Below the pieces are notes generated by a model. It saw only the letters and a list, made by a program, of their open reading frames with translations. It had not been told where the DNA came from and made no database searches. The position numbers and the translations under genes were made by a program. Source: Candidatus Woesearchaeota archaeon (GTDB lineage Archaea > Nanobdellota > Nanobdellia > SCGC-AAA011-G17 > UBA489). From it: a stretch of 41,390 bases of DNA. Positions 18,477 through 26,881 of this stretch are shown piece after piece (within the stretch, counting starts at the first letter, position 1; each line of letters starts with the position of its first letter). The stretch spans positions 1 to 41,390 of the forward strand of contig JACOVP010000005.1 in NCBI GenBank assembly GCA_016177265.1. The letters are read 5' to 3'.

Positions 18477-19442
18477 CTAGGTTAATACACTAAGAGGAGC
18501 TAGAAGTTCTTGATAAGGAATATGATCTAGAAAAGCGCTATAGTCGCGAGAAGAAAGATGAGAGGGATCCAGAACTGCTGAGTTAAATTTACGAACCAAA
18601 GGCCTCTCTTTCGGTGAGAATGGTTGTTTATAAACACAGATAGGATTTTTCCTTAGCTGTTCAGCGGCATAACGTCCTGCTTCTCCAGCTCGAGGATGTG
18701 TCAAGAGCTCATAACCACACAAAGCCAATCGCGAGATGTCCCTATCTGAACTAAGTATAGCAAAAGAGCCAGAATGCTTCGGGGAGAGTGACGTTGCCAT
18801 AGCAGCAGCAACGAGACTGATATCTGCAGCAAGATTCAATTCCGTTGGTAGAGGACGCTCTATCCTAGGGCCTCTAGAATACAAAAATGTATCCTTAGGA
18901 GAAAGAAAATGAAAATCAAACAAGAGTTGGAGCATTGCAGTAAAAGGAGCTACAGAGAGAGGAGGATGATAGCGGTGATGAGAAAGTCGTGCTATAAGCA
19001 TCTGCAAGGTATTTCCATAGTCATTGAGGATATCCAATCGGAGATCGAGTGTTTCCCTTCTTGTAGGAGTAAGGTCACGTCGCCGTATGATCTCGTGATG
19101 GTTATGCAACATCTTTGCAAAATGTTTCCCGCCACCTTTCACCTCTTCAACCACGAAATCAGTGACAGCAAGAGTACGTTTGGAGAAAAAAAGGTCCATG
19201 AGGAAAAAAAGATACTGTCGCGAATGATCAACAAATTCTATATCAATATCTTTGAGATGCGGTCTATTAGACATATAGGTCAGTAAATCTTCATGTGTAG
19301 GATACGTACGGATAGGGTGAAACATATTAGCATCTAGCAGAATCTGAGACTCGCGGCATAAAAGCGACTCTAAAGAAGATTCAAGCTCTTTCGGATGTGG
19401 CAGAATTGTTGTCTCTTGTTGAGTCGTGAACATCCCTAACAT
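18477..19442 (-). CDS. Hypothetical protein with PIN-like acidic motif pattern and a large insertion
   Basis: ILLDANMF, VTDFVVEEV, ADISLVAAA and SSDRDISRL occur in the order expected for the four PIN acidic positions. Otherwise I recognise nothing. Confidence 0.5.
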   Translation of the reverse strand: MLGMFTTQQETTILPHPKELESSLESLLCRESQILLDANMFHPIRTYPTHEDLLTYMSNRPHLKDIDIEFVDHSRQYLFFLMDLFFSKRTLAVTDFVVEEVKGGGKHFAKMLHNHHEIIRRRDLTPTRRETLDLRLDILNDYGNTLQMLIARLSHHRYHPPLSVAPFTAMLQLLFDFHFLSPKDTFLYSRGPRIERPLPTELNLAADISLVAAAMATSLSPKHSGSFAILSSDRDISRLALCGYELLTHPRAGEAGRYAAEQLRKNPICVYKQPFSPKERPLVRKFNSAVLDPSHLSSRDYSAFLDHIPYQELLAPLSVLT

Positions 19443-19540
19443 ACTCCCATAAAGAAAATAGAGAAGGGTTTATAAGAATTGCTGTCGAAAGTTTTATATG
19501 CAGCAAGTAGTAAAAGAAAAAGAGAAAAGCAGGTGACTGT

Positions 19541-20893
19541 ATGGAAAAATTCTTCACTCCCAAATCTATTGCGATTATAGGAGCTTCTCGTGATCACCAT
19601 AAGGTGGGGTTTGTCATCCTCAAAAACTTGAGAGATGCAGGTTATAAAGGAAGAATTTATCCTATTAATCCCAAGGCAAAAATCCTCCTCAATGAAAAAT
19701 GCTACCATTCAGTGCTTGCAGTCAAAGAAAAGATTGACATGGCAGTTATTGCTGTTCCAGCAGATATTACTCTTAAGATAGTGGAAGAATGCGGTAAGAA
19801 AAATATCCAGCACATCGTCATGATCACTGCAGGATTTAGTGAAATTGGTAATCAAAGAGCAGAAGAGCAACTCAAAAAAATAATCACCAAATACAAGATC
19901 AGATTAATCGGTCCCAATTGTCTCGGCTTATTGAATAATTACGCTGATATCGATACACTCTTCCTGCCGGCATCCCGTTTAGTCCGTCCGAAAAATGGAA
20001 AAATATCTTTCATCACGCAATCCGGTGCAACAGGTTCAACAGTCTTAGACTTGATGGCAAAAGAAAACTATGGATTTTCAAAATTTATTAGTTATGGCAA
20101 CGCGCTCGACATCACAGAAACAGAGTTGATCGAATACCTAGGCAATGATCCTCATACCGAAGTGATTTGCTTGTACGTAGAATCAATCAAAGATGGCAAG
20201 AAATTTCTGAAAGTAGCACAGCATGTTGCAAAGAAAAAACCCATCATAGCATTGAAAGGCGGTACAACGAAAGAAGGAGCAAAGGCAACATTATCCCATA
20301 CAGCGTCGCTCGCGGGTTCGTATGAGATCTACAAAGGAGCATTCGCACAGGCAAACATCATCCAGGCAGACACTTTAGAAGACATGTTCAACTACGCAAA
20401 AATTCTGGAAAAATCTATCCCTCCAAAAGGAAAACGTGTGCAAGTAATCACGAATGGCGGTGGTTTCGGTATTTTAGCTACAGATTATCTCAGCAGGATG
20501 GGATTGCTCATTGAAGAACCATCTCCAGAAACGATAAGAACATTGAAGAAAAAATGTCCAAAAACGTACATCATCAAGAACCCCATTGACTTGACAGGCA
20601 GTGCCTTTGCACAAGACTACGATAATGCTTTGCAGGCAGTCATGAAAGACCCCAAGGTTGACATTATCCTCTTAATCATCCTCTATCAAACGCCACAGTT
20701 AGATACAAATGTTGTTAGCTCTGTCATCAAGTACAACAAGATGCACAAAAAACCCATCATTGTCATTTCCATGGGCGGTGATTTTACGCAGAAGTACAAA
20801 AACATCCTAGAACGCCATCAAATCCCTTGCTTTACCTACCCCAATAATGCCGCTAGTGCTATCAAAGTATTATGTGACTATTATTTGAAGTAA
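19541..20893 (+). CDS. ADP-forming acetyl-CoA synthetase alpha subunit (CoA-binding / succinyl-CoA-ligase-like)
   Basis: It has the CoA-binding N-terminus PKSIAIIGAS, YPINPK, GPNCLG and the phosphohistidine loop SHTASLAG. AGGTGA lies 4 nt upstream of the ATG. Confidence 0.85.
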   Translation: MEKFFTPKSIAIIGASRDHHKVGFVILKNLRDAGYKGRIYPINPKAKILLNEKCYHSVLAVKEKIDMAVIAVPADITLKIVEECGKKNIQHIVMITAGFSEIGNQRAEEQLKKIITKYKIRLIGPNCLGLLNNYADIDTLFLPASRLVRPKNGKISFITQSGATGSTVLDLMAKENYGFSKFISYGNALDITETELIEYLGNDPHTEVICLYVESIKDGKKFLKVAQHVAKKKPIIALKGGTTKEGAKATLSHTASLAGSYEIYKGAFAQANIIQADTLEDMFNYAKILEKSIPPKGKRVQVITNGGGFGILATDYLSRMGLLIEEPSPETIRTLKKKCPKTYIIKNPIDLTGSAFAQDYDNALQAVMKDPKVDIILLIILYQTPQLDTNVVSSVIKYNKMHKKPIIVISMGGDFTQKYKNILERHQIPCFTYPNNAASAIKVLCDYYLK

Positions 20894-20898
20894 GAAAG

Positions 20899-22035
20899 TT
20901 ATTCCTTGGGCTTCCTGCACGTCTTGCACTTCTTCAAAACTCTTTCAACAGCAATCTGCATGGCAGCATCCCGTAGTTTTGTATTGTCTTTTTTCGCTTT
21001 CTCCAGAACGAGTGTAGTATTTTTCACAATTTTTCTCTCGACCAGTTTGAACATATCCTGCGGATTTTTTCCTTGGTATTCTGCATACGACGAAATAACA
21101 CCGCCTGCATTCGCCACAAAATCAGGAACAACAACAATTTTTTTCTTGTACAAAATATCTTCCATCGCACTAGTCATAGGAATATTGCTTCCTTCAATCA
21201 CATACTTCGCTTTGACGTGGTGCACATTCTCTGGATGAATGAGATCAGGAATTGCGGCAGTCACAAGCATATCTACACCCAATCCTACAATATCACCGGT
21301 TGGCAATACCTTTCCAGGTTGATAGTTAACAACAGAACCGGTTTTATTTTTGACTTGCAATAATTTCTTATACTCTAAACCATCCTGATTGTAGAGAACA
21401 CCCTTGCTGTCAGAAATCGCAACCAATTTTGCCCCTGCTTCAGAAAAGTATTGTGCAGCAAAACTCCCAACATTCCCTAGCCCTTCGATGGCAACCGTCT
21501 TTCCTTTGATCTGCTCTCCCATGAACTCAACTGCCACTTTCGCAGCATGAAACACACCAAATCCTGTACTACCATACTCATGCGGTATCCCACACTTGAC
21601 TCCTGGTTTGACGCAGAGAGTAGCAGGTTTTCCCGTTGCACTCTTCATCGAGCCATTAGCCTGCACAAACACCTTCATTTCTTCTTCTGCCGTATTCATA
21701 TCTGGAGCAGCAATATACTGTGAAGGACATAATGGTTTGAGAGCTTCGCTAAATGCTTTAATTAATTCCATCTTCTTTTGTTTCGTTATTGTTTTTGGAT
21801 CTGCAATAATGCCAGATTTTGCCCCCCCAAACGGCAAGTCTGCCAAAGAACATTTCCACGTCATCGTTCGAGCAAGTTTAGCAACCTCATCCATAGAAAC
21901 TGAAGGAGTCATCCTTATTCCCCCCTTCCCAGGACCAAGACTTCGATTATCAATGACTAAATAACCCCTCATACCCACTTTGGGATTATACACTTCAAGA
22001 ATTTTTTCCGGTCCAAAATCATCAAACTCAACCAA
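20899..22035 (-). CDS. Glu/Leu/Phe/Val dehydrogenase family enzyme (short glutamate dehydrogenase-like)
   Basis: The catalytic Lys motif GPGKGGIRM, LPFGGAKSG and the Rossmann loop GLGNVG are present. A TTG start is preceded by GGGGTGA 6-10 nt upstream. Confidence 0.8.
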   Translation of the reverse strand: MVEFDDFGPEKILEVYNPKVGMRGYLVIDNRSLGPGKGGIRMTPSVSMDEVAKLARTMTWKCSLADLPFGGAKSGIIADPKTITKQKKMELIKAFSEALKPLCPSQYIAAPDMNTAEEEMKVFVQANGSMKSATGKPATLCVKPGVKCGIPHEYGSTGFGVFHAAKVAVEFMGEQIKGKTVAIEGLGNVGSFAAQYFSEAGAKLVAISDSKGVLYNQDGLEYKKLLQVKNKTGSVVNYQPGKVLPTGDIVGLGVDMLVTAAIPDLIHPENVHHVKAKYVIEGSNIPMTSAMEDILYKKKIVVVPDFVANAGGVISSYAEYQGKNPQDMFKLVERKIVKNTTLVLEKAKKDNTKLRDAAMQIAVERVLKKCKTCRKPKE

Positions 22036-22134
22036 GCATAGTCACCCCGAGATACGGTTGAAGAAATGAACTGCTATTTAAAGATTGCTTTTGAGAGAAA
22101 AGAACGTTAAATACAACAGAGTAAGATAACAATA

Positions 22135-22142
22135 TTTATATA
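22135..22142 (+). promoter_or_regulatory. TATA-like box for the 22165 gene
   Basis: TTTATATA lies about 26 nt upstream of the ATG. Confidence 0.4.
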
Positions 22143-22164
22143 GATATGAAGAAGAAAAGGAAGA

Positions 22165-22482
22165 ATGGTAAACGATGATATTCTGAAAAGTATCATGGGC
22201 AGTAAAGATCCTATAGGAGCATATTGGGGGGCACTAGGACAATTTCATGAGGCATACAAAGCATGGATGAGAGATGGGCGAGATAGAGAAGAAGCAAAAA
22301 GACTTTCACTACAGGTAGGAGAGCTCTGCATCATTGGTGATAGAGAACATGGTAGTGTGCTTCAAAAGAAATATGATGAAGCGCTTAAAAAAACGTTTGA
22401 AGCATTTGAAGAAGTAGTGAATTTAGAAAAGATAACGTTTGATTTAACAGAAGCAATGGGGATAAAAGTTGCAAAACATTAA
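22165..22482 (+). CDS. Hypothetical protein
   Basis: The 105 aa ORF has TTTATATA (22135-22142) 26 nt upstream of the ATG. I recognise no motifs. Confidence 0.5.
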   Translation: MVNDDILKSIMGSKDPIGAYWGALGQFHEAYKAWMRDGRDREEAKRLSLQVGELCIIGDREHGSVLQKKYDEALKKTFEAFEEVVNLEKITFDLTEAMGIKVAKH

Positions 22483-22712
22483 GCAACCAACTGTTGAGGA
22501 AGAGGTAGTTCAAGATCTAAGTATTTTTCTTTTCGTTTCGAAAAATTAAAGAGAGCATAACCCACGAGTTCATGAGTTTTGCTATCGATGATTCTTGAGA
22601 TATGGTCTTGTATTTCTTCAAAATAAGTATCGGCACATTTGCGGAAAAGAACCTCTAAGTAATCACCTTCTTCATCATACCAGATAATAAATTTCTGTTT
22701 TTTTGTTGTCAT
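22479..22712 (-). CDS. DUF2283-like small protein (putative antitoxin)
   Basis: The 77 aa product has the pattern YDEEGDYLEV...ELVGYALFNF typical of DUF2283. A 4-nt overlap links it to the upstream small gene. Confidence 0.55.
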   Translation of the reverse strand: MTTKKQKFIIWYDEEGDYLEVLFRKCADTYFEEIQDHISRIIDSKTHELVGYALFNFSKRKEKYLDLELPLPQQLVA

Positions 22713-22891
22713 GGTAATGGTTTCCTACTTTTATAAATGGTAATAATAAAGCCTTCTCCATTGAAGACTTTCACAACAATAACCAAGTAGAGTAATTTGT
22801 CTTTTAAATACTTTTGGTAGTAGTAAACATCAGGGCGTTCATGAGTCACTCTAATATCGCGATTTCTGAAGTCAAGAAAATGTAGAGTCAT
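22709..22891 (-). CDS. DUF4258-like small protein (putative toxin)
   Basis: The 60 aa product from ATG 22891 has an N-terminal LHFLDFRNRDI (H..R.R.I pattern) and a C-terminal beta-rich LYLVIVV...FIITIY. The track ORF extends to 22975. Confidence 0.45.
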   Translation of the reverse strand: MTLHFLDFRNRDIRVTHERPDVYYYQKYLKDKLLYLVIVVKVFNGEGFIITIYKSRKPLP

Positions 22892-23003
22892 AAGAGAGGG
22901 AATAAAACACTTTTTATCTAATGTTCGGTGAAAATTCCGAAAATCTAACAAGAAAAAGTGAAAAGGTTCCGTCAATTACCGGAAGAAATACACCAAAAAG
23001 GAA

Positions 23004-23402
23004 TTACACCGCAAGAAAAACGCGTGTAGCGAAAAACAAGAGAAGAAGATTAATGAGATAAATAATATGACAAATCACACAAAAATTACGCATCTTCACA
23101 TAAGAGACATAGGCAAGGTACATCGTCCCAAAAAACGAAGCCAAAGTAAGATAAAAAAGATATTGACGGAAACCAAAAAGAGTGAGAACAAAAAGAAGTG
23201 CATAGAAAAATAATCCTCCAACTGCATTCGAAACTCCAAGGATTTTTCCATAGGGACTCGTAAAGGCTTTCGTACAGGACATGGACTCTTTGATATCGCA
23301 AATCGCTTTGTAAGCAGCATTCTGTTTTGCTTTTCGTTCAACTCCATAAGCATACAGAGAAACTACAAATCCAAGAACTGCAAGAATTTGGAGCGTAAGC
23401 AT
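23004..23402 (-). CDS. Vitamin K epoxide reductase (VKOR) family membrane protein
   Basis: It is a four-TM protein with a loop Cys pair (CDIKESMSC) and a CVIC redox motif in the last TM. It lies 6 nt downstream of trxB. Confidence 0.75.
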   Translation of the reverse strand: MLTLQILAVLGFVVSLYAYGVERKAKQNAAYKAICDIKESMSCTKAFTSPYGKILGVSNAVGGLFFYALLFVLTLFGFRQYLFYLTLASFFGTMYLAYVSYVKMRNFCVICHIIYLINLLLLFFATRVFLAV

Positions 23403-23408
23403 CGTAAG

Positions 23409-24368
23409 TTAATAATCCCCTGTTGCTTTCAAATGTTCTACATACCGTTCTGCTTCTATGGCAGCCTGGCATCCAGTTCCAGCACTCGTCACTGCTTGTT
23501 TAAACACAGGATCTTGGACGTCGCCACACGCATACACACCATCTTGACTCGTCCTTGATCGTTTATCCGTAACAATATATCCTTGCTCATCTAACTTCAC
23601 CAATTTCGAAAAAATAATTGTATTGGGTATATGCCCTATAGCCAGAAACATCCCATCCACCTTCAGAACTTTTTCTTGTTTTGTATTGACATCTTGAATC
23701 TTCACACCAGAAACAAATTTCCCATTGCCTTGCACTGCTACAGGTACAGCATTCCAAATGACTTCTATCTTGTCTTTTAATTTTAAGACACGCTCTTGCA
23801 TAATCTTGCTTGCTTTAAAAGCATCCCGTCTATGCACAATATAAATTTTAGTAGCAAATTTGTACAACGCTAATGATTCTTCCATCGCAGAATCTCCACC
23901 GCCGATAACAGCTACAGTTTTATTCCTAAACAATGCGGCATCGCAGATTGCACAAGTACTTACGCCCTTCGCCCAATATTCCTTCTCCCCCTTTATCCCT
24001 AAAGTTCTTGCTGATGCCCCTGTTCCTATAATAAGAGTTCTGCTGAGAAATGTTTTTCCGTTAACTCTAACCTCAAAAAAATTATTTTTCTGTACACAAC
24101 TCTCTACCTTTCCATCGAGATATTCCGCTCCAAACCGTTCTGCCTGTTTTTTACAGTTTTGAATTAAATCCGGTCCTTGAATGCCTTCAGGAAATCCAGG
24201 AAAGTTTTCAACGACAGATGTAGTGCTCAACTGATCGGGTTCAATCCCAGCAATGACCAACGGTTTCATGTTGGCCCGTGCAGCATAGAGAGCAGCAGTA
24301 TGACTTGCTATCCCTCCACCAATAATAATGACATCACGCACAGAATCCTTACTCTTTTGCTGAGGCAT
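23409..24368 (-). CDS. trxB: Thioredoxin-disulfide reductase
   Basis: It contains GGGIAS (FAD), the redox-active CAICDA, GGGDSAMEE (NADPH) and GDV. A TATA-like box lies 26 nt upstream of the ATG. Confidence 0.9.
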   Translation of the reverse strand: MPQQKSKDSVRDVIIIGGGIASHTAALYAARANMKPLVIAGIEPDQLSTTSVVENFPGFPEGIQGPDLIQNCKKQAERFGAEYLDGKVESCVQKNNFFEVRVNGKTFLSRTLIIGTGASARTLGIKGEKEYWAKGVSTCAICDAALFRNKTVAVIGGGDSAMEESLALYKFATKIYIVHRRDAFKASKIMQERVLKLKDKIEVIWNAVPVAVQGNGKFVSGVKIQDVNTKQEKVLKVDGMFLAIGHIPNTIIFSKLVKLDEQGYIVTDKRSRTSQDGVYACGDVQDPVFKQAVTSAGTGCQAAIEAERYVEHLKATGDY

Positions 24369-24388
24369 AAAAAGATGCAGGAGAAGAG

Positions 24389-24398
24389 CTATATAAAG
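24389..24398 (-). promoter_or_regulatory. TATA-like box for the trxB-VKOR operon
   Basis: CTTTATATAG on the minus strand lies about 26 nt upstream of ATG 24368. Confidence 0.45.
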
Positions 24399-24412
24399 AT
24401 TTGGTTGAAATA

Positions 24413-25024
24413 CTATAAAGCTGTCGTCCTTCGCCGTCGTTCCTGTGTTCCGCTAGGAGACGGTTGTGCCGTACTATAGAGTGGTTGTTGAGCAGAGCTA
24501 GGTTGTTGTGCTGTTGTGTACAATGGTTGTGCTTGTTGTTCTTGCAGTTGCTGTCGTTCCACACCCGTTGCATACCCGCTTCTGAGCTGTTGCTCCACCG
24601 TCTGCATCCCTGGTTGTGCTCCAATGGTAATCTCCATCCCGCAGCTGCATTGTCCGCTAATCGCTTGTAACCGTGTTGACCCTGCTCCAAAGTATTCATC
24701 TCCTGGATTTCGTTGGATACTTTCAGGAGCATTCCCTACATAGCCTGCCCTAGGATTAGAAGAGAGCTGTGAATGGTTAACGGTGTGCTGCGGTTTAGGT
24801 TGTTCTTCCTTCTCTTCTTTTTTTTCTTCTGTCTTCTTGAATAATCCACTATCCTCTACTGTTGTGACAGCAATCAATTGTGGTTTTGTTCCTGTACTAT
24901 GATGTTCTGTTATATGGTCTTGCCATTCTTTCGATTGGAGCAATTGAGTCCTGGCTACAGCTTTCTCATCAGTTTTTGCTACTTTGGTATCCAAGCTTTC
25001 CTTCGGCAAATGGCGGAAGCGCAT
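24413..25024 (-). CDS. Low-complexity Gln/Pro/Glu-rich hypothetical protein
   Basis: The 203 aa ORF has a KEEKEE stretch and degenerate C-terminal repeats (AQQPLY.TAQ). The region is stop-poor in several frames, so the coding call is tentative. Confidence 0.4.
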   Translation of the reverse strand: MRFRHLPKESLDTKVAKTDEKAVARTQLLQSKEWQDHITEHHSTGTKPQLIAVTTVEDSGLFKKTEEKKEEKEEQPKPQHTVNHSQLSSNPRAGYVGNAPESIQRNPGDEYFGAGSTRLQAISGQCSCGMEITIGAQPGMQTVEQQLRSGYATGVERQQLQEQQAQPLYTTAQQPSSAQQPLYSTAQPSPSGTQERRRRTTAL

Positions 25025-25054
25025 AAAATAACCATGTTTTTGGAGATTAAGAAG

Positions 25055-25267
25055 TTATCGCTTATTCCTCGTCCTCTGCCCGCCACCCCGCTTATAAGGC
25101 GTATGCTTTCCCTTGATTTTAGAACTTTTTTCTCCAGGATACGCAACATCATAGTCTTCTTCCTCATCGTACTCGCAATCCTTGCAACAGACATACAGAA
25201 AGCCGCTTTTCTCTTTCAACTGGATGTTGTGAGAGCCGCACACAGGGCACATCTTGGGTTCATGCAT
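25055..25267 (-). CDS. Small zinc-ribbon protein with acidic linker and basic tail
   Basis: It has CPVCG ... CCKDC (a four-Cys ribbon). A TATA-like box lies about 28 nt upstream of the ATG. Confidence 0.55.
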   Translation of the reverse strand: MHEPKMCPVCGSHNIQLKEKSGFLYVCCKDCEYDEEEDYDVAYPGEKSSKIKGKHTPYKRGGGQRTRNKR

Positions 25268-25341
25268 AGAGAATGAAAGTAAAAAGAAGTATATATGGAT
25301 TATGTCGTAGGGTGAATATACCCACTACAAATAGATTATTG

Positions 25342-25356
25342 AATGTAGAGGGTAAA
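25342..25356 (+). repeat. 15-bp direct repeat, left copy, flanking the Fic gene
   Basis: AATGTAGAGGGTAAA is identical to the copy at 26413-26427. Confidence 0.8.
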
Positions 25357-25366
25357 GTTTATAAAG
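25357..25366 (+). promoter_or_regulatory. TATA-like box for the Fic gene
   Basis: GTTTATAAAG lies about 26 nt upstream of ATG 25388. Confidence 0.45.
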
Positions 25367-25387
25367 GGTAATCACTAGAAAAAAAGA

Positions 25388-26386
25388 ATGGTATACATAT
25401 TCAAAAAACAAATAGGAGATAAAGCATACTATTACTTGCGAGCTTCCCAAAGAAAAGGAAACCAAGTAATAGCGAAAGATATAGCATATCTAGGTAGTAC
25501 CTTAGAAGAAGTAAAACATGCCCTGAATAATCTTCCAAGATACAAAGAGCAGATAAGAAAAGCCTACAAAACCATTAGAAATTTTCTTGAAGTAAACCAT
25601 TACCTAGAAAAGGCAACCCAACTCAAGCTAAAAAAAGACATATTTCTTGAACAGCAGCTCTTATCCATAGAAGCATGCAGAATACATTACAACACAACAT
25701 TCCTGCACCAACCAGTACTAACAAAACAAGAAATACTCAAGAATTTTATTATTGAGTTTGCTTTTAACACCACTGCAATAGAAGGAAATACTATAAAGCT
25801 TAATGAAGCAAGAAGTTTATTGCTAGACGGTTTAACTCCAAAAAATAAAACACTAAGGGAAATCTACGATCTGAAAAATACAGAGAAAGTATTCTTATGG
25901 CTGTTAGAAACAACAGGAAAGGTAACGCACGAGTTTATCATAAAGATACATAAAGAACTTATGGAAAATATTGATCCAAGAAGCGGTTATAGAACAACAG
26001 ATGTCAGAGTCATAAAAGCAAATTTTGAGGCGAGTCCTGCACCCTATGTAAAAATTGATATGGATCTGCTCTTACAATGGCTAGAAAAAAATAAAAACAA
26101 ACTCCATCCACTAGTTCTCGCAACCATCTTTCACCATAAATTTGAGAAAATACACCCGTTTATGGACGGCAATGGAAGAACAGGAAGAATGATATTGAAT
26201 TATATTCTGCTGAAAAACAAATATCCTCCCATAGTAATCAGAACCAAAAAAAGAGCTGAATATGTGCAAGCATTACGAGAAGCTGATACAGTAGGTCTAC
26301 TAGAAATAAAAAAAGAGAGATATCAAAAGCTTATAGCATATATGGCTGCGGAAATGAATGAAAACTATTGGAATATCTTCCTCTGA
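25388..26386 (+). CDS. Fic-domain protein (AMPylase-type) with N-terminal inhibitory-helix motif
   Basis: The canonical Fic motif HPFMDGNGRTGR is present. An upstream TTAIEG matches the [ST]xxxE[GN] autoinhibition motif. A TATA-like box lies 26 nt upstream of the ATG. Confidence 0.9.
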   Translation: MVYIFKKQIGDKAYYYLRASQRKGNQVIAKDIAYLGSTLEEVKHALNNLPRYKEQIRKAYKTIRNFLEVNHYLEKATQLKLKKDIFLEQQLLSIEACRIHYNTTFLHQPVLTKQEILKNFIIEFAFNTTAIEGNTIKLNEARSLLLDGLTPKNKTLREIYDLKNTEKVFLWLLETTGKVTHEFIIKIHKELMENIDPRSGYRTTDVRVIKANFEASPAPYVKIDMDLLLQWLEKNKNKLHPLVLATIFHHKFEKIHPFMDGNGRTGRMILNYILLKNKYPPIVIRTKKRAEYVQALREADTVGLLEIKKERYQKLIAYMAAEMNENYWNIFL

Positions 26387-26412
26387 ATATACCACTTACA
26401 AAAGAAATAGTA

Positions 26413-26427
26413 AATGTAGAGGGTAAA
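26413..26427 (+). repeat. 15-bp direct repeat, right copy, flanking the Fic gene
   Basis: AATGTAGAGGGTAAA is identical to the copy at 25342-25356. Confidence 0.8.
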
Positions 26428-26508
26428 ACAAGAGAGTAGTTCTTTTCAGCAAGTGGTAACGTAACTTTATATAGACAAAAAGAGAGTGTTTTCCAAGAAA
26501 TTGGGGGG

Positions 26509-26865
26509 GTGAAGACCATTTCAAAGAATCAAAAACAATGTGCTACCTGGATAGGCGCTATATTACTCGTTGTAGGTCTGTTAGGGTTTGTGACGGGTGA
26601 TATGGTTCTGTGGTTTAGTGTGAACGGCACGCATACCTGGATACATCTCTTATCTGGTATTATTGGTTTGTTTGCAGGCTTAAGTGCAAAAGGTGCTTAT
26701 GCAGGAACCTACAATAAAACCTTCGGTGTTATCTACCTTGTCATTGCTGTTTTAGGTTTCCTCAGCATTGGAGGCATAGTGGATTGGTTAGCACTGAATG
26801 CAGCAGATAACTGGTTGCACTTGGTTATTGGTGCTGTCGCAGCATGGGTTGGCTTCAAAGCGTAA
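26509..26865 (+). CDS. DUF4383-like small membrane protein
   Basis: It has four hydrophobic segments with the repeated N..W.HL..G pattern. The start is GTG, so the exact start is uncertain. Confidence 0.6.
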   Translation: MKTISKNQKQCATWIGAILLVVGLLGFVTGDMVLWFSVNGTHTWIHLLSGIIGLFAGLSAKGAYAGTYNKTFGVIYLVIAVLGFLSIGGIVDWLALNAADNWLHLVIGAVAAWVGFKA

Positions 26866-26881
26866 TTAAATTTTTTTCTTT
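26866..26881 (+). terminator. T-rich tract after the DUF4383-like gene (possible archaeal oligo-T terminator)
   Basis: The tract TTTTTTTCTTT begins 6 nt after the TAA stop, between convergent genes. Confidence 0.3.
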
